Assembly (NCBI GenBank): GCA_963575745.1 | Contig: CAUYUJ010000004.1 | Location: forward strand, 1 to 64,000 | Source of the DNA: Prorocentrum cordatum | Taxonomy: Eukaryota | DNA length: 64,000 nucleotides | Direction of reading: 5' to 3' | Shown: piece after piece, positions 40,271 through 52,782 of the stretch | Layout of the letters: every line of letters starts with the position of its first letter | Position numbering within the stretch: position 1 is the stretch's first letter | Made by a program: the position numbers and the translations under genes | The notes under the pieces: generated by a model | What the model was told of the DNA's origin: nothing | What the model saw: the letters and a program-made list of their open reading frames with translations, nothing else | The model's database searches: none

Positions 40271-41322
40271 GAACCCAATGGGCTTCGAACGGGGCGGGGG
40301 AAGCGAGGAGGATGACGAAGAGGGAGGAGGGAGGAGGAGAGAGGATGGAAGAGGGATGGGGGGAGGGAGTAAGAGGATAATGATAGCGATGACGGGCGAT
40401 GGGGGGGAGAGGGCAAAAGAGGGTATCGATGATGATGGCGATGGTGATGTTGGTGGTGAGGATGGTACGGATGATGTTGATGATGGGGATGGTGATGAGG
40501 ATGGCTATGGGGAGGGCGATGAGAGGGAGGAGGTGGAGGAGGGGGCGGATGGGGAAGAGGAGGGGAACAGGGGGAAGAAAACGGCGGAACAGTCCAATTC
40601 CGCCGCGTACGTACGCTATTCTATTGCCCAAGTTACCCCACATACATTGCAAGCTTACCTACCCAACCTAGCTTATTTACTAGGTCGCCTAATCTACATA
40701 ACCTAGCCTACCTCGCCAACCTACCTCGCAAGCTATCTTGCCTCGCAGCCTAACCAAACCTACCTCGCAAACTCCAGGAGTACCCCTCCGAATATCGCTG
40801 AGAGGCCCACAGTGCGCCCGCGGGAGGGCCCCACCTTCCGAGTGATATTTCCTCTAAGGGGTTCCATGTTTATATTATCCAGCCAGGTCTTTGTATTTGG
40901 ACGGACCTGGAGCTCTCCAGGGACCGATTGGGGCAAGTTCGTGGCATTTCCAAACGCCCAAAGGAGTCTTAGAATATGATTCGTGCGCTTTCTGCGGGGC
41001 CTTCGGGCTTGTTTGGGCCCTCGTGGGTTTGCCTTGGGCTCTCAGTGGGCTGTTCTTAGGGCACTGTGGGCTCTTATTGGGGCCCTCGTGGGCTCGTCTC
41101 GAGGCCCTCGAGGGCCCTCGTGTGGCCTTCTTGGGCCCTCGTCGGGCTTTCTCGTGACCTCCTTGGCGCTCTTTCACGCGATGACGCATTGCTGGGTTGG
41201 GCGCTGCATGCGACGTTTGCTGCGGTCGATTTACGGAGGCGTACGTACATGATGACTTCAGGAATGCGACCGATCGTTTGGCCTGCCCAGAAAATCAAAC
41301 GTGGCGTTGGCCTTATGATGAC

Positions 41323-41401
<79 letters not shown>

Positions 41402-41411
41402 GTGCTGCTGT

Positions 41412-41550
<139 letters not shown>

Positions 41551-41606
41551 CATGATGGGCAGTACTGGAACTGTAATCGTAGAGCGTTTGAAGGCCGTGC
41601 AGTGTC

Positions 41607-41628
41607 TCCGAAACTGCTTCGGCTCAAG
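41607..41628 (+). promoter_or_regulatory. Weak DinoSL-like motif in terminal repeat A1
   Basis: tccgaaactgcttcggctcaag, 16/22 ungapped to TCCGTAGCCATTTTGGCTCAAG; 46 nt before the ORF0 ATG. Confidence 0.45.
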
Positions 41629-41674
41629 CCTTTTTCGTAGGAGGCCTCCGAGCACTGCCGCGTCCAGGGCCTGG

Positions 41675-42211
41675 ATGCGTGCGGTGGGCCAGGGCGCGGT
41701 GCTACTGGCCTTCCACGTGGGCTCCGCCTGGGTCGGCCAGCTCTGGGCATCCTCTCGGGCACCGAGCGCCCAACCTCCGGCGCGGGCGCCTGCGGCGCCA
41801 GCGCCCGCCCCGCGAGCGCGGGGCCCACTGGCGGCCGCCGCGCTGCCCACCCCCGCGCTGGCCCAGGCGCTGTGCGCGGAGCTGGAGGCGTGCCTCCCGG
41901 TCTGCCCGCCGGTGCACCTGGCCGCCTGCCCTGACCCTTGCCTGGCGTGCCCCGAGTCGGCCAAGGTGGAGTTCAACTGGGGCGTCGAGGTCTCGTTCGG
42001 CCTCTTCACGCTCCTCGTGTGGGAGCTCTGCCGGCTCGGCGTGCCCTTTCCCTGGCGGTTCTGGCGAGGCTGTGGCCGCGCCGGCACGCGAGCGTACCAG
42101 CCCTCGTGGACGCCCCAGAGGGCGGGCCAGGGCCGCACGCCGGTGATCGGCGGGTGCCAGGCGGACGCGGGCGCATCGCGCCGGCGGTCAGGTAATGAAC
42201 ATTGGCGATGA
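41675..42211 (+). CDS. E1 ORF0: 178-aa putative membrane protein (hydrophobic N-terminus, Pro/Cys-rich linker, TM segment, basic tail)
   Basis: GAVLLAFHVGSAWVGQLW...CLPVCPPVHLAACPDPCLACPES...VSFGLFTLLVWELCRLGV...RR-rich tail; positional counterpart in E2. Confidence 0.65.
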   Translation: MRAVGQGAVLLAFHVGSAWVGQLWASSRAPSAQPPARAPAAPAPAPRARGPLAAAALPTPALAQALCAELEACLPVCPPVHLAACPDPCLACPESAKVEFNWGVEVSFGLFTLLVWELCRLGVPFPWRFWRGCGRAGTRAYQPSWTPQRAGQGRTPVIGGCQADAGASRRRSGNEHWR

Positions 42212-43456
42212 GGTTTTGGTCGAGTATGACTTGGCTGGGGCTCCGCTGCTGCACTCTCGGGTCGTCGCTGGAGTCTCTCAAGTGGACGCTCTTCACGCTG
42301 CTGTGTCTCTCCAGATCACGATGTCATTGTCGAGTTCTTCACTGATGACAATGATGATGTGCGTCACTGGTACCGGAAGCTTTCAGGTGGAGTCCTCTTT
42401 AGGAGCGACGGCGACATGGTCCCTGCTGCGGCGGCAGGGGCCTTCAGGCGCTACGAGTTCGCTGTGCAGCCGACCGCCGCCGAGATGCAGGCCTTCATGC
42501 AGCAGGCTGGGCACATCTTGCTGGGCACGATGCTGCTCTTGGAGCGGTCGCCGCTGTCGTGCCGGCGGGGCCCGTTGCCGCCGCCAGAGCCGCCCCACCC
42601 GCCGCCGCGGGCCCCCCGGGTGGAGGCCTCGCGCTCGCAGGTGGGGCGCAGGGTGGCCTGGCCGGGCTGCTCGCCGGCGCTGGGGGCGCCGCGGGCGCGG
42701 CAGGTGGCGGAGGCGCGCAGGTTCCGCCAGCCGCGGCTGCCGCCGATCCAGCCGCCGCGGGAGGCGGGGGAGCCGCCTTTGCTGCGGCCTTGGCTGGCCC
42801 GGCGCTGGGCCAGGCAGGAGCTGGCGGCGCCGCTGGTGTGGGCGCCGGCGCGGACGACAGCGGGGACCGCCGCGCGCTCGTCGTCGCCTACGACATCAAC
42901 GGGAAGCGGCGCCGCTCCTTCGCCGCGGCGATCGGCCTCCTCCGCGCCGCCACCTGGGCGGACTGGGTGGTCCCCGGACCGCGGACGGTGTGTTGTGTCG
43001 CAGTTTTCATGCTGGAGAACGGCGGCAGCGCCCTCTCACCACGTGCAGTGGAGGTCGGCCCTTCGGCTCGGGCTGGAGGACGCTGTGGTCTCCAACCACC
43101 AGGAGTTCTCCAAGATCTTCGAGACGGCGTTGTGCTGCGACCAACTGGATGTGTCGAATTTGGTCAGCCTCGAGCTCGTCGCTCGTCAACTTCAATTGCG
43201 TGAAGAACTTCGCAAGGATCGGCTGCTGGGCGCGACGCGTGACGGCAGCGGCATCCAGGTCGAGGGGTCCTACTTCGCAGGGGTGGGCGGCGCGCGCGGG
43301 CTCATGGTGGCGCCCGAGTTGTCGACGTGGATCAGCGAGCAGATCCCCCGCGATAATGCCGCGGCCAGGGAGAGGAGGAAAGCCAGAGAGGAGAGGGCGC
43401 TCGCCCGGCCCAAGCAGAAGCCAAAGGGCGGCAAGCACGGTAAGGAGGGGGAGTGA
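42195..43456 (+). pseudogene. E1 gag-like ORF (frameshifted)
   Basis: Shares motifs with the E2 ORF in the same position: G..V.V.Y...R...PD.DV..E; R.L.V..D..G.R..S; GP; DQL....L......R. Confidence 0.7.
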
Positions 43457-43544
43457 TCTCTCGTTCGTCTCCTATGATTTCGGCTGCCTGCCGCTCCTCG
43501 GCCCGGGGCGCGTGAGCCTTCTGAGTTTCGGTCAGGAGGGGGAG

Positions 43545-45600
43545 ATGCGCCAGCGGGGCGTCTTCCCCTTGCCCCCTCTTCCTCTTCCTGAACCTGCTGG
43601 TCATGGTTGCCGCGCTGTCGCTCGCCGTGGCCAGCGCCGTCGACGCTCCCTTGAGTGGGCCAACGACGGCGTCGCTTCCCTGAGCGCCCTCTCTGGGCGC
43701 GGGTCGGAGGCTTTAGGATTGCCCGGCGCGGCCCAGTGCGCCGCCCTCGAGCACGTGGAGCGCACCTACTGCGCCATGGGCGCCTGCCCCGCCGACCTCC
43801 GCCGCCGCGGGGGCCTTCGTGAGCTCTGCGGGAGCGCTGCCGTGCACGGCGAGTGCTCGACTACCATCGCATCCCGCAACAAGGGCGCTGTGTCCTGGCC
43901 GGCCGTGGGGGCCCAGCCTGCGCCGCTCGGCATTGCGTTCCCAGCCGCGCGCCCTTCCTGGTTGAAGGACTCGACGGCCAATGTGCGAAGACCTCCAGCT
44001 GCAGCGGCTGCCCTTCGGTCTGAGCTCGGACGTCTACGTCCTTATCTTGACCCTGCGCTCCGGGGCCAGCGAGTGCGCGGTGATTTCGTGAAAGAGTTGG
44101 TCAGCCGTGGCATGGCCAGATTGATTCCCCACGCCGACCCCGGGGGAGGCGGCGCGACGGTCGGCCTGTTCTTCGCCTGGGAGAAGTCCGGCAAGCAGAG
44201 GGTCATCTTCGACGCGCGCCTCGCCAATTGCGACTTCGAGGCGCCCCCTTCAACCCGTTTGCCACCAGCTGGGCCGTTCGCCAGGGTGGGAGGGTGGGGG
44301 CCCAGGAGTGCGACGCGGCGTGGCGCAGCGCGGGCGACGTCCAGAACGCGTTCTACGCCATCGAGGTGCCCGAGGAGCTCGGCTCGAGTTTCAGGCCCCC
44401 CAGCGCGCGAGGTGGCGCAGCGGGTCTTCGAGGCCCGGCAGGCGCCGCCGTGCGCGCGCCGGTGCTGACCGTGCTGCCCACGGGGTGGAGCTGGGCGCTG
44501 CACCCCTGCCAGCTGGTGACCGAGGAGGGCATCTCCTGGGCGGCCATGGCCCAGGCGTTCTGGTGAAGGACCGCGAGGCCGCGGCGCCGCTGGGGCCTTC
44601 GAGGCCGCTGGCTGCTGCTGGCTACGTGGACAGCTGCATGGGGATGGGGGGGCCTCGAGAGCGAGTCGCGGCTTGCGGGCAGTCGGTCGCCTCCGCGCCG
44701 AGGGCCCAGGGGTTCGTCATCCACGAGGAGACCGGCGGAGCCGTGTGCCACACGGACTTCGTGGGCCTCAGCTTCGACGGCAAGGGGCGCGCGGTCGAGA
44801 TTTCCACGAGACGCACGTGGCGGCTACGGCTCGCCATCGATGAGTTGCTGAGGCGCGGCTCCTGCTCCGGACACGTGCCGGAGATCGTCGCGGAGCGCGC
44901 CGCGTGGATCATGATGGTGCAGAGGTCCACGCTGTCGATCTTCAGCTCCGTTTTACCCCTTCATCAAGATCCTGGGGAGCGAGGCCGGCACTCTGTGGAC
45001 CTCCGTGAAGGAGGAGCTGGAGCACGTCAGGAACCTTTTCCCCATGGTGATCGCGCGCCCCGGCCGCAGCTGGCACGGCAGGGCGACGGCCAGCGACGCC
45101 TCGCACTGGGGCTGCGGGGTTTGCGAGCGGACCGCGCCGGCGGAGGAGGTGGCTCGCTGGGGCCACACTGCCGAGCGGTGGCGGCATCGCCAGGGGGCGA
45201 CCGCTGCCCGCGCGCACGCCTTCAACGGGGAGGCCGAGGGGCTGGGCCACGTGCTGGTCCAGGGCGACCTGCCGGACAGCCTGGGGCAGGCCGAGGAGCA
45301 CGCCAGGGCGTTCGACATGGTGGGCACTGACGAACATTCTTCGGCTTGAGGGGCTCGCTCTGTCTAACTCGCTTCGCCGCCTCCTTCGCGATCGAGGGCC
45401 TTCGGCCATCGTGTGCTGCTTCTGGTCGACAAACTCGGCCTGGCCCTCGCGGCTGAAAAGGGCCGCTCGGCCGCGTTCCAGCTTCGAGATATCCTCGGGG
45501 AGATTTCGGCACTCACCCTCGCTTGTGGCATTAAGGCGTGCGTTCGCTGGGCCCCGTCCGAAAGGCGCCCAGCCGACAACCCCTCAGGAGGACTCTACTT
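43545..45600 (+). pseudogene. E1 reverse transcriptase / RNase H (frameshifted)
   Basis: GLFFAWEKSGKQRVIFDAR; GDVQNAFY; LPTGWSWA; YVDS at 44623-44634. RNase H: ASDASHWG.G, LVDKLG, RWAPSE..PADNPS. Confidence 0.9.
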
Positions 45601-45755
45601 CCTCAAGTCGCAGGGCGAGGCGGACGGGCCCCCTGGTCTGGCTGCTGGCGCTGCTGGGGCTGACCTTCCAGCCGCGCCAGGCTTCCCGCCCCTCGGCAAG
45701 GCTCCGCCCGTGCGAGACGGCCTCGCCGAGGCCGGCGGCGGCGCCCTGGGCGGAG

Positions 45756-46814
45756 ATGCAGGGGGCGGCGCGGTCGTCAGTGGCTGCAGCCGCGCGAAGG
45801 GCCCGATGCCGCCCGCCATCAGCAGATACGGTGCCCCCCCAGGGGGCGTTCCTGCCCAGCTTCCTGGGGTCGCGGTCGGTGGCCAAGGCAACGTTCACCG
45901 ACTACAAGAAGCGGACGTTGATCTTCCTCGCCTGGGCCGTCCAGAGGTCGGCGACGTGGGCGACCGTAGGGGAGCTCGACCAGGCCTTGGTGGGGCACAT
46001 GGACCGCCTCTTCTTCCTGGGCTGCTCGGGCGACGTGGCCAGCAAGACCCTGGCGGCGGTGAAGTTCTCCTACCTGGACGTTGGCCGGTACGGCGCCCGG
46101 GGCCTCCCCCGCGCGGCGCGGGCGCTTGCGGGCTGGAGCGCGGTGGTGCCGCGCGCCGCCAGGATGCCTGTGCCGCGGCTGCTGGCTGCTGCGCTGGCGG
46201 GGCACATGGTCGCGAGTGGTCTGCTGGAGCTCTCCATCGCGCTCCTGCGGGCGTTCCACGGCTACCTCCGGCCGTCGCGAGCTTGCAGCTGCTGATCCCG
46301 CCGGTGACGGGTGCCGGCTTTGGGCAGCAGGCGTGGGCCGTGCTGCTGGGGCCGAGCGAGCTGGGGGCGCCGACGAAGGTGGGCGCCTTCGACGAGAGCG
46401 CGGTGCTCGACGGCATCCCGTACCTGTGCGACTGCCTGGCCGCCCTCGAGGCGAGGTGCAAGTCCCCGAACGATCGGATCTGGAGTTTCCCGCGAAACGA
46501 CCTGTCCAGGCAGGCGCAGGCGTCCGCGGAGGCCCTCGGTCTCGAGGGCCTGGGCCTGATGGTCTACGGCCTGAGGCACGTCGGCGCCTCGCGCGACCTC
46601 CTGCGCCGGCGCCGCTCGGCCTTTGAGGTCAAGTCGAGGGGGCGCTGGAGGAGCGACGCGATGCTCGAGCGGTGCGGCAAGGAGGCCGGGGCATTGGCCG
46701 AGTTGCGCTTTGGCGCTCGAGTTCGGGCAGCGCGTGGCCGTCCGCTTCCGCGAGATCTTCATGGGCCGCGAGGCCCCGCCACCGGCGCCGCCGCGTCGTC
46801 TGAAGGGCGGCTGA
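45756..46814 (+). pseudogene. E1 tyrosine recombinase (two frameshifts; catalytic Tyr position is Cys)
   Basis: YLRP, PTKVGAFD, YGLRHVGAS, RGRWRS...ERCGK (TGC at 46673, where E2 has RYEK). Confidence 0.88.
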
Positions 46815-46837
46815 GCGACGGCCAGGTTCGGATCAGG

Positions 46838-47641
46838 ATGCGCCGAGTTTTGAGGCGGGCTCTTTCTAGCTCCTCGGTTTTCAGAGGGCAGGTTTTCCTT
46901 TCATTATATGCCGGGCAAGCCGGCCTATCCAGGGCCATGCGTGGCCTAGGATTCGGGGTGATTTCCGTAGATATCCTTCGGCAGCCGTGGTTTGATCTAG
47001 ACCGGGCCTGTGTCCAGAAGATCGTGCGGGGCTGGGTCACGGGGGGGGTCGTCGTCGGTCTCTGGATGGGCACGCCCTGCTGTTCCTGGTCTCAAGCGCG
47101 GCACGGACCCCCAGGGTCCAGCTGGTGCCGCCTTCGAAATTCAGCCCACCTTTGGGGTCTCCCAAACCTCGAAGGGCGGTCCCTCGAAGCTTGCCGCCGG
47201 GGAAATTCGCAGCTCAAGTTTTGCCTTTCACTGATCCGTACGTGCTGCCGCCTCCGAATCCCCGTGGCCTTCGAGAGCCCGAGTACGAGTTGGATGTGGC
47301 AGGTTCCTCAGCTTGCGCGCCTCTGCAAGAGGCAGGATTCGCGTGCCTGTGTTGTGGACCACTGTGCCTTCGGTTGTAGGTGGCGCAAGCGTACTCGGAT
47401 TCAGGTCTGAGGATCGGGTTTTAGTATCAAGCTCCCGAGTCTCTGCCGGGGGCGTTCGGGGGTGTGCTGTTCTTCAGAGAAGCGACACATCGTGCTCACC
47501 GGAAGTGACAGAAGCTCGGGCAAACTGTGGACGCGAGTTGCTGGGCCTTACCGTGTTCGGTTTTGTAAGTTGTTTGCCCGAGCTTTCGAGCAGTACATAA
47601 GCAATCTTAAATTCTGCCGTCTCCGGCAGCTTATACATTAA
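46838..47641 (+). pseudogene. E1 C5 cytosine DNA methyltransferase-like ORF (one in-frame TGA at 47408)
   Basis: Motif I-like FLSLYAGQAGLS; catalytic motif IV-like GTPCCSWS; motif VI-like FESP; CAFG..WRKRT. The frame continues past the TGA to TAA at 47639. Confidence 0.8.
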
Positions 47642-47775
47642 ATTTGCAACTAATGCCAGAAGCCCATCCGGGGTGCTTTGGGGATTCTCTTCTTCTCCCT
47701 CGTTCGTTGTTGTTGTGTGTTTGTGTGGTGTGTGTCTTGTGGTGTTGTTCTGTTGCTGTTCGTCCTCCTCCTCCT

Positions 47776-47809
<34 letters not shown>

Positions 47810-48321
47810 CTCCTCCTCCTCCTCCTCTCTGCTGCCGAGCCCTGCCCGAGTGCCGCTCTGTCCTGCCGGACCCGCCTGGACCACGACACACAAAGAATCG
47901 TGTCCTGGCCTGGGGGAGCGTCGCGATGGGCAGTTCTGGAACAGTAATTGTAGAGCGTTTGAAGGCCGTGCAGTGTCTCCGAAACTGCTTCGGCTCAAAC
48001 CTTTTTTCGTACCCGCCCTCTTTCTCCCTGTTTCTCTTCTTCTCTCTCGTTCGTTGTTGTTGTGTGTTGGTGTGGTGTGTGTCTTGTGGTGTTGTTCTAT
48101 TGCTGTTCGTCCTTCTCCTCCTCTCTGCTGCCGAGCCCTGCCCGAGTGCCGCCCTATCCTGCCGGACCCGCCTGGCCCGCGACACACAAAGAATCGTGTC
48201 CTGGCCTGGGGGAGCGTCACGATGATCATGATGATCATGATGATCGTGATGATGATGATTCTGCTGATGATGAGAATGATGATGGTGATGGTGATTGTGA
48301 TGGTGATGCTGGTGATGATGG

Positions 48322-48353
<32 letters not shown>

Positions 48354-48391
48354 GTGATGGCGATGGCGATGGCGATGGCGATCGCGATCGC

Positions 48392-48484
<93 letters not shown>

Positions 48485-48780
48485 GGTGGTGGTGGTGGTG
48501 GTGGTGGTGGTGGTGGTGATGATGATGATGGTGGTGGTGGTGGTGGTGGTTTTGTTGGGGTGATGGTGGTGGTGGTGATGATGCTGATTATGGTGATGAT
48601 GATACTGATGATCAGGATGATCATGATGATGACGATGTTGGTGATGATGGTGATGATGATAATGATGAATCATGATGATGATGACGATGATGATCATGAT
48701 GCTGCTGATGATGATGTGGATGATGATGATGGTGGTGATGATGGTGATGGTGATGGTGATGGTGATGGTGATGGTGATGG

Positions 48781-48816
<36 letters not shown>

Positions 48817-48822
48817 CGACGG

Positions 48823-48896
<74 letters not shown>

Positions 48897-50483
48897 GTGA
48901 TGATGGTGATGATGGTGATGATGATTATGATGATCAATGATGGTCATCATGATGATAATGACGAGGATGAGCAGCAACAGGAGGAGGAAGAGGTGGAGTC
49001 AGGTGGAGGAGGTGCCCGGCTCGAGGTGACCCTGGCGGTGCCGCCGCTGCGGACGCCGCCAGCGCCGCAGGTGGCGGGTGGTCGGCAGTGGGCTGGCGGA
49101 GCGGCGGCGCCTGGGGCGATGGCGCCTGGGGCGAAGGCGGGGACCAGTGGTCCGACTCGGGCTGGCAGGGCGGTTGCGGCGGCGCCTGGGGCGAGGGTGA
49201 GGACCAGTGGTCCAGCTCGAGCTGGCAGGGCGGCGGCGGCGGCCAGGGCGAGGAGCGGCGGCGCGCAGAGGGGCCCAGAGCCTCCTCGCCGCCGAAGGGC
49301 GCAGCCCTCCCATCTTAAGCACGACGGGAGGTGTCTGGTAGAGCTGGGCCGAGGTATAAGATCGAGGTCGCCTCGGGGAGGGTCCCCTAATGTTATTCGT
49401 GCTTGTTGAAGGCTCTTGCGCATCCTGGGAGAGGATGCCCTCGAATGTTCCTCAGTTTGGCCGGCGGAGGGTCTCAGGTTCTTGAAGGATGTTCTTCTGT
49501 CCAGGTTTAAGTCGGGCGTGTCCCCGGAGGAATATGCAAGAATAGTCCAACAATCGTATGGGGACGAGTTGTTCGTGCTCTTCTGACAATTGTTGAGCAT
49601 TTTTTTGCTATTTTTATGTTTCCTCCAAAATCCACCTGTAGGAGGACATGCCCGACCGAACCCCAGGTCCGGCCGTAGTCTCTTCTGCCACCGGGGGGGC
49701 CTTGCGGGGCCACAAGGCCGCGAAGAGACGACTCGGGAGCAAGAGCTCGTCCTGGGGAAGGGGGTCGAGACTTCCAGGGGTCCGCGCTGCGCAAGATCAC
49801 GGCTCACGGAAAGTGTGGGTACGACGTTCAAAAGCAGTCCCTGCTCATTTTGAACATGACTCGCCTATCGCGCCGCCGCGGACGTAATCCTCTGGAGACA
49901 GAAGCCGCCTGCCCCACAGCGGCAAATGTCGGTTTTGGACAGCTTTTGTTGTTGGGCATTGTGCCTGTTTCTTCCGTACACGCCGGTCGTTGAAAGTAAG
50001 TATTGTTGGGATTCCCAGATCCCAATCAGTTTCAAGCGCCTTCCTACTTCAACAGTCGACATGTTTTTGCCTGTGTTTTGTTATTCTCTGGGAGGGCCTG
50101 GGCCCAATCCACTTCGTCCGCCTTCCTACTTCATGCTTCTACCTATTTCTTCCGACCGACGTGTACCCAGTGCAGGCGTCCAAATCGGAGGCCCGCGCCC
50201 AGGGGGGGGCGGCCTCCCGAGAGCGCGGGGTCCACAGCCAAAGCCCTTTTCTGAGCCACGTCCAGCCGTGGCGACGAGCTCCTCCAGCAACGCCCACAGA
50301 CCTCCAAGATGGCGTCGTCGGTCGTGTCGTCGAACTTGTCGTTGACCTCGTCGTCGCCCTCGTCGTTGACCTCGTCGTCGACCTTGATGTCGTCGTCGTC
50401 GTGGTCGTCGTCGTCGTCGACCTTGCCGTCGACCTTGTCGTGGTCGTGGTCGTGGTCGTGGTCGGGGTCGGCGTCGGCGTCGG

Positions 50484-50521
<38 letters not shown>

Positions 50522-52224
50522 TCGTCGACAGGAGGCCGGTGCCGCGGCGGGGCACGAGGAGGGCTGGGAGCCGTGGTACATTGACGCCCACGACCTCGCG
50601 CTGCAGCCGCGTGGCCAGGGCGGGCACCGGTTCCGCGCTGGCCGCGAAGACTCGGCAGGCGGCGAGCGAGGGGGGGAAGCTGGAGGTTCGAACTTCGAGG
50701 CTCGAGGTGTTCGGACGCGTTCGCCAGTTCTCGGCGGTCTTCTAGCTTCGGGATGCTCGCCAGCAGCTGCGCCTCGCCGAGGGCGTTCCGGGGGTGCCCG
50801 GATCGTCCCGAACGGCCACCAGAGACCCGAGCTTGGACCCCAAAACCAAATTCAGCGGTGCGCCCAGGGGGGGGGAAGTGAGAAGGATAACGCCTTCTCA
50901 GAAGGCGGCGGGGCGTCTCAGAAGCCCTCGCGCCTTCGGAGAGGCCAGGGGAATTCCGAGATTTGAGAGAAGGCCTTCTCCTTCTCGCTTCCCCCCCCGG
51001 GCTCGCCGCCGAGTCGGGCTGGTCAGGGGCAGCGTTAGGGGGGGTGTTTTGGTTGGACGCTTCGAGGCGTTAGGTCTTCGGGCGTCTTCGTCGGTGCTCG
51101 GGGGTGTCAGCTTCGGTATGCCTTCCAGCGGCTACACCTCGTCGAGGGCGTTCTGGAGTTCCAGAATCGTCCCCAGCGGCCGCCAAGGAGCCGAATTGTG
51201 GCCTCCAAACCGCTCGGGCCAGGAGAAGGATGAGGAGGAGGAGGAGGAGGAGGAGGAGGAGGAGGAGGAAAAGGGGGAGGAGGAGGAGGAGGAGGAGGAG
51301 GAGGAGGAGGAGGAGGAGGAGGAGGAGGAGGAGGAGGAGGAGAAGAAGGGACCGATATTCTGCTGCTTCTCTTGGAGAGCCCTCGTCGCCACGGCTGGAT
51401 TCTCCTCTAGATTCTGGTCGGAGCGCACCCTGGGAGAGGGCCAGGGAGTAGAGGTACCTTTCTCTTCCGCCAGGGAACGGCTGAAGCGTGCAGAAGAGGG
51501 GACTCGAGCGTGGCTGAGGAGAGGGCCGAGGCGTGGAAGAGGGGGGTGAGGATCAGGGACTTTTGAAACCACGGCTGGGGCCATGAAATCTCCAACATGT
51601 CATGGCCCATTCTTTTCTTGTTCAGTGCATCCCCTGGCTCCCTTGGTCCGTACAGATGCCTCGGGTCATGATTCGCTGACCCTTTTTGAGTGGCTTCCTT
51701 GTCTGCTGGGCCTCCGAGAGCCTCCTCGGCGCGAAGGCTGGACCCCCCTGGGTATTCTTGCCTGAACGCACACCATGGAAAGGTCCTGGGGTCGATACTT
51801 GAGGGGAGGAGGCGGAGGAGGAAAAGGAGGAGGAGCAGGAGCAGGAGCAGGAGCAGGAGGCGGAGGAGGAGGACCAGTGTAAAAACACAAGAGTCACCAA
51901 CGATGTTGGAATAAACCCTCCCCCCAAGCTCCCTCTTCATGGGCCCCATACAACGGGTCTTTTCCACGGAGCGACCTGCCACGTTGGAAGACAACCGTTT
52001 GAAGACCCTGAAGCATGCCAAAGCATTGTTCTTGGGATTCCAACGCCACGGTTCAACTTGACTGTTGCGCCTTGACGACGCTGAATCGTGCCAGAACGCC
52101 ATTCCTGGAATTTCAACACCGCGAATCATCGTAACTGTTGCACCCTCATAGTCGTGAATCCTTCCAAAACGCAATTTCTGGTACGCCGAGCTTGTGAATG
52201 TGTGCAGCTCTTGTGATTTCTTAC

Positions 52225-52782
52225 AGCGAATGTGCGCGGCGCTAAGGCGAGAGCCACATTTTGAAAAGGAGCCGCCCTCAATCCGTGAAACTCTTGCAAA
52301 TGTCCAAAGCGAATGTCCGCGGCGCTAAGGCGAGAGCGCTAAGGCGAGAGCCACATGTTGAAAAGGAACCGGCCTCAATCCGTGAAACTCTTGCAAATGT
52401 TGAAATCCAATGTGTGCGGTGCTGGGGCGAGAGCCACATGTCGAAAAGGAGCCGCCCTCAATCCGTGAAGCTCTTGCAAATGTTTAACACGAGCGTGCGC
52501 GGCGCTAAGGGGAGAGCCGCATGTTGTAAACGACCCGCCCTCTATCCGTGAAGCTTTTGCAAATGTCCAAAACGAATGTCCGCGGCGCTAAGGCGAGAGC
52601 CACATGTTGAAAAGGAACCGCCCTCAATCCGTGGAGCTCTTGCAAATGTTCAAAATGAATATGCGCGGCGCGAAGGCGAGAGCCACATTTTGAAAACGAC
52701 CCGCCCTCCATCTATGAAACAGTTGCCAATTGTTAAGCTTCAGGGTCATAAATGGTGAGGAAGTCTCAGGCGAAACGCCCGG
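52225..52782 (+). repeat. About 83-bp tandem repeat array with a fixed end motif, copy 2
   Basis: Same unit and same terminal tctcaggcgaaacgcccgg as 19975-20490. Confidence 0.85.

Larger units (their letters stand above)
41554..48224 (+). mobile_element. E1: tyrosine-recombinase retrotransposon (Ngaro/PAT-type split direct repeats); full length but decayed
   Basis: A1 41554-41639, B1 47685-47928, A2 47925-48011, B2 48032-48224. Contains gag-like, RT/RNase H, YR and MTase motifs. (GAT)n on both sides. Confidence 0.92.

Noticed and set aside
45413..47410. A single 665-aa RNase H-YR-methyltransferase fusion protein
   Set aside because: Comparison with E2 shows the frame is stitched together by decay frameshifts; the YR N- and C-termini lie in another frame.
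51560..52220. Minus-strand coding-like fragment
   Set aside because: Multiple stops, a microsatellite interruption and no assignable motif.
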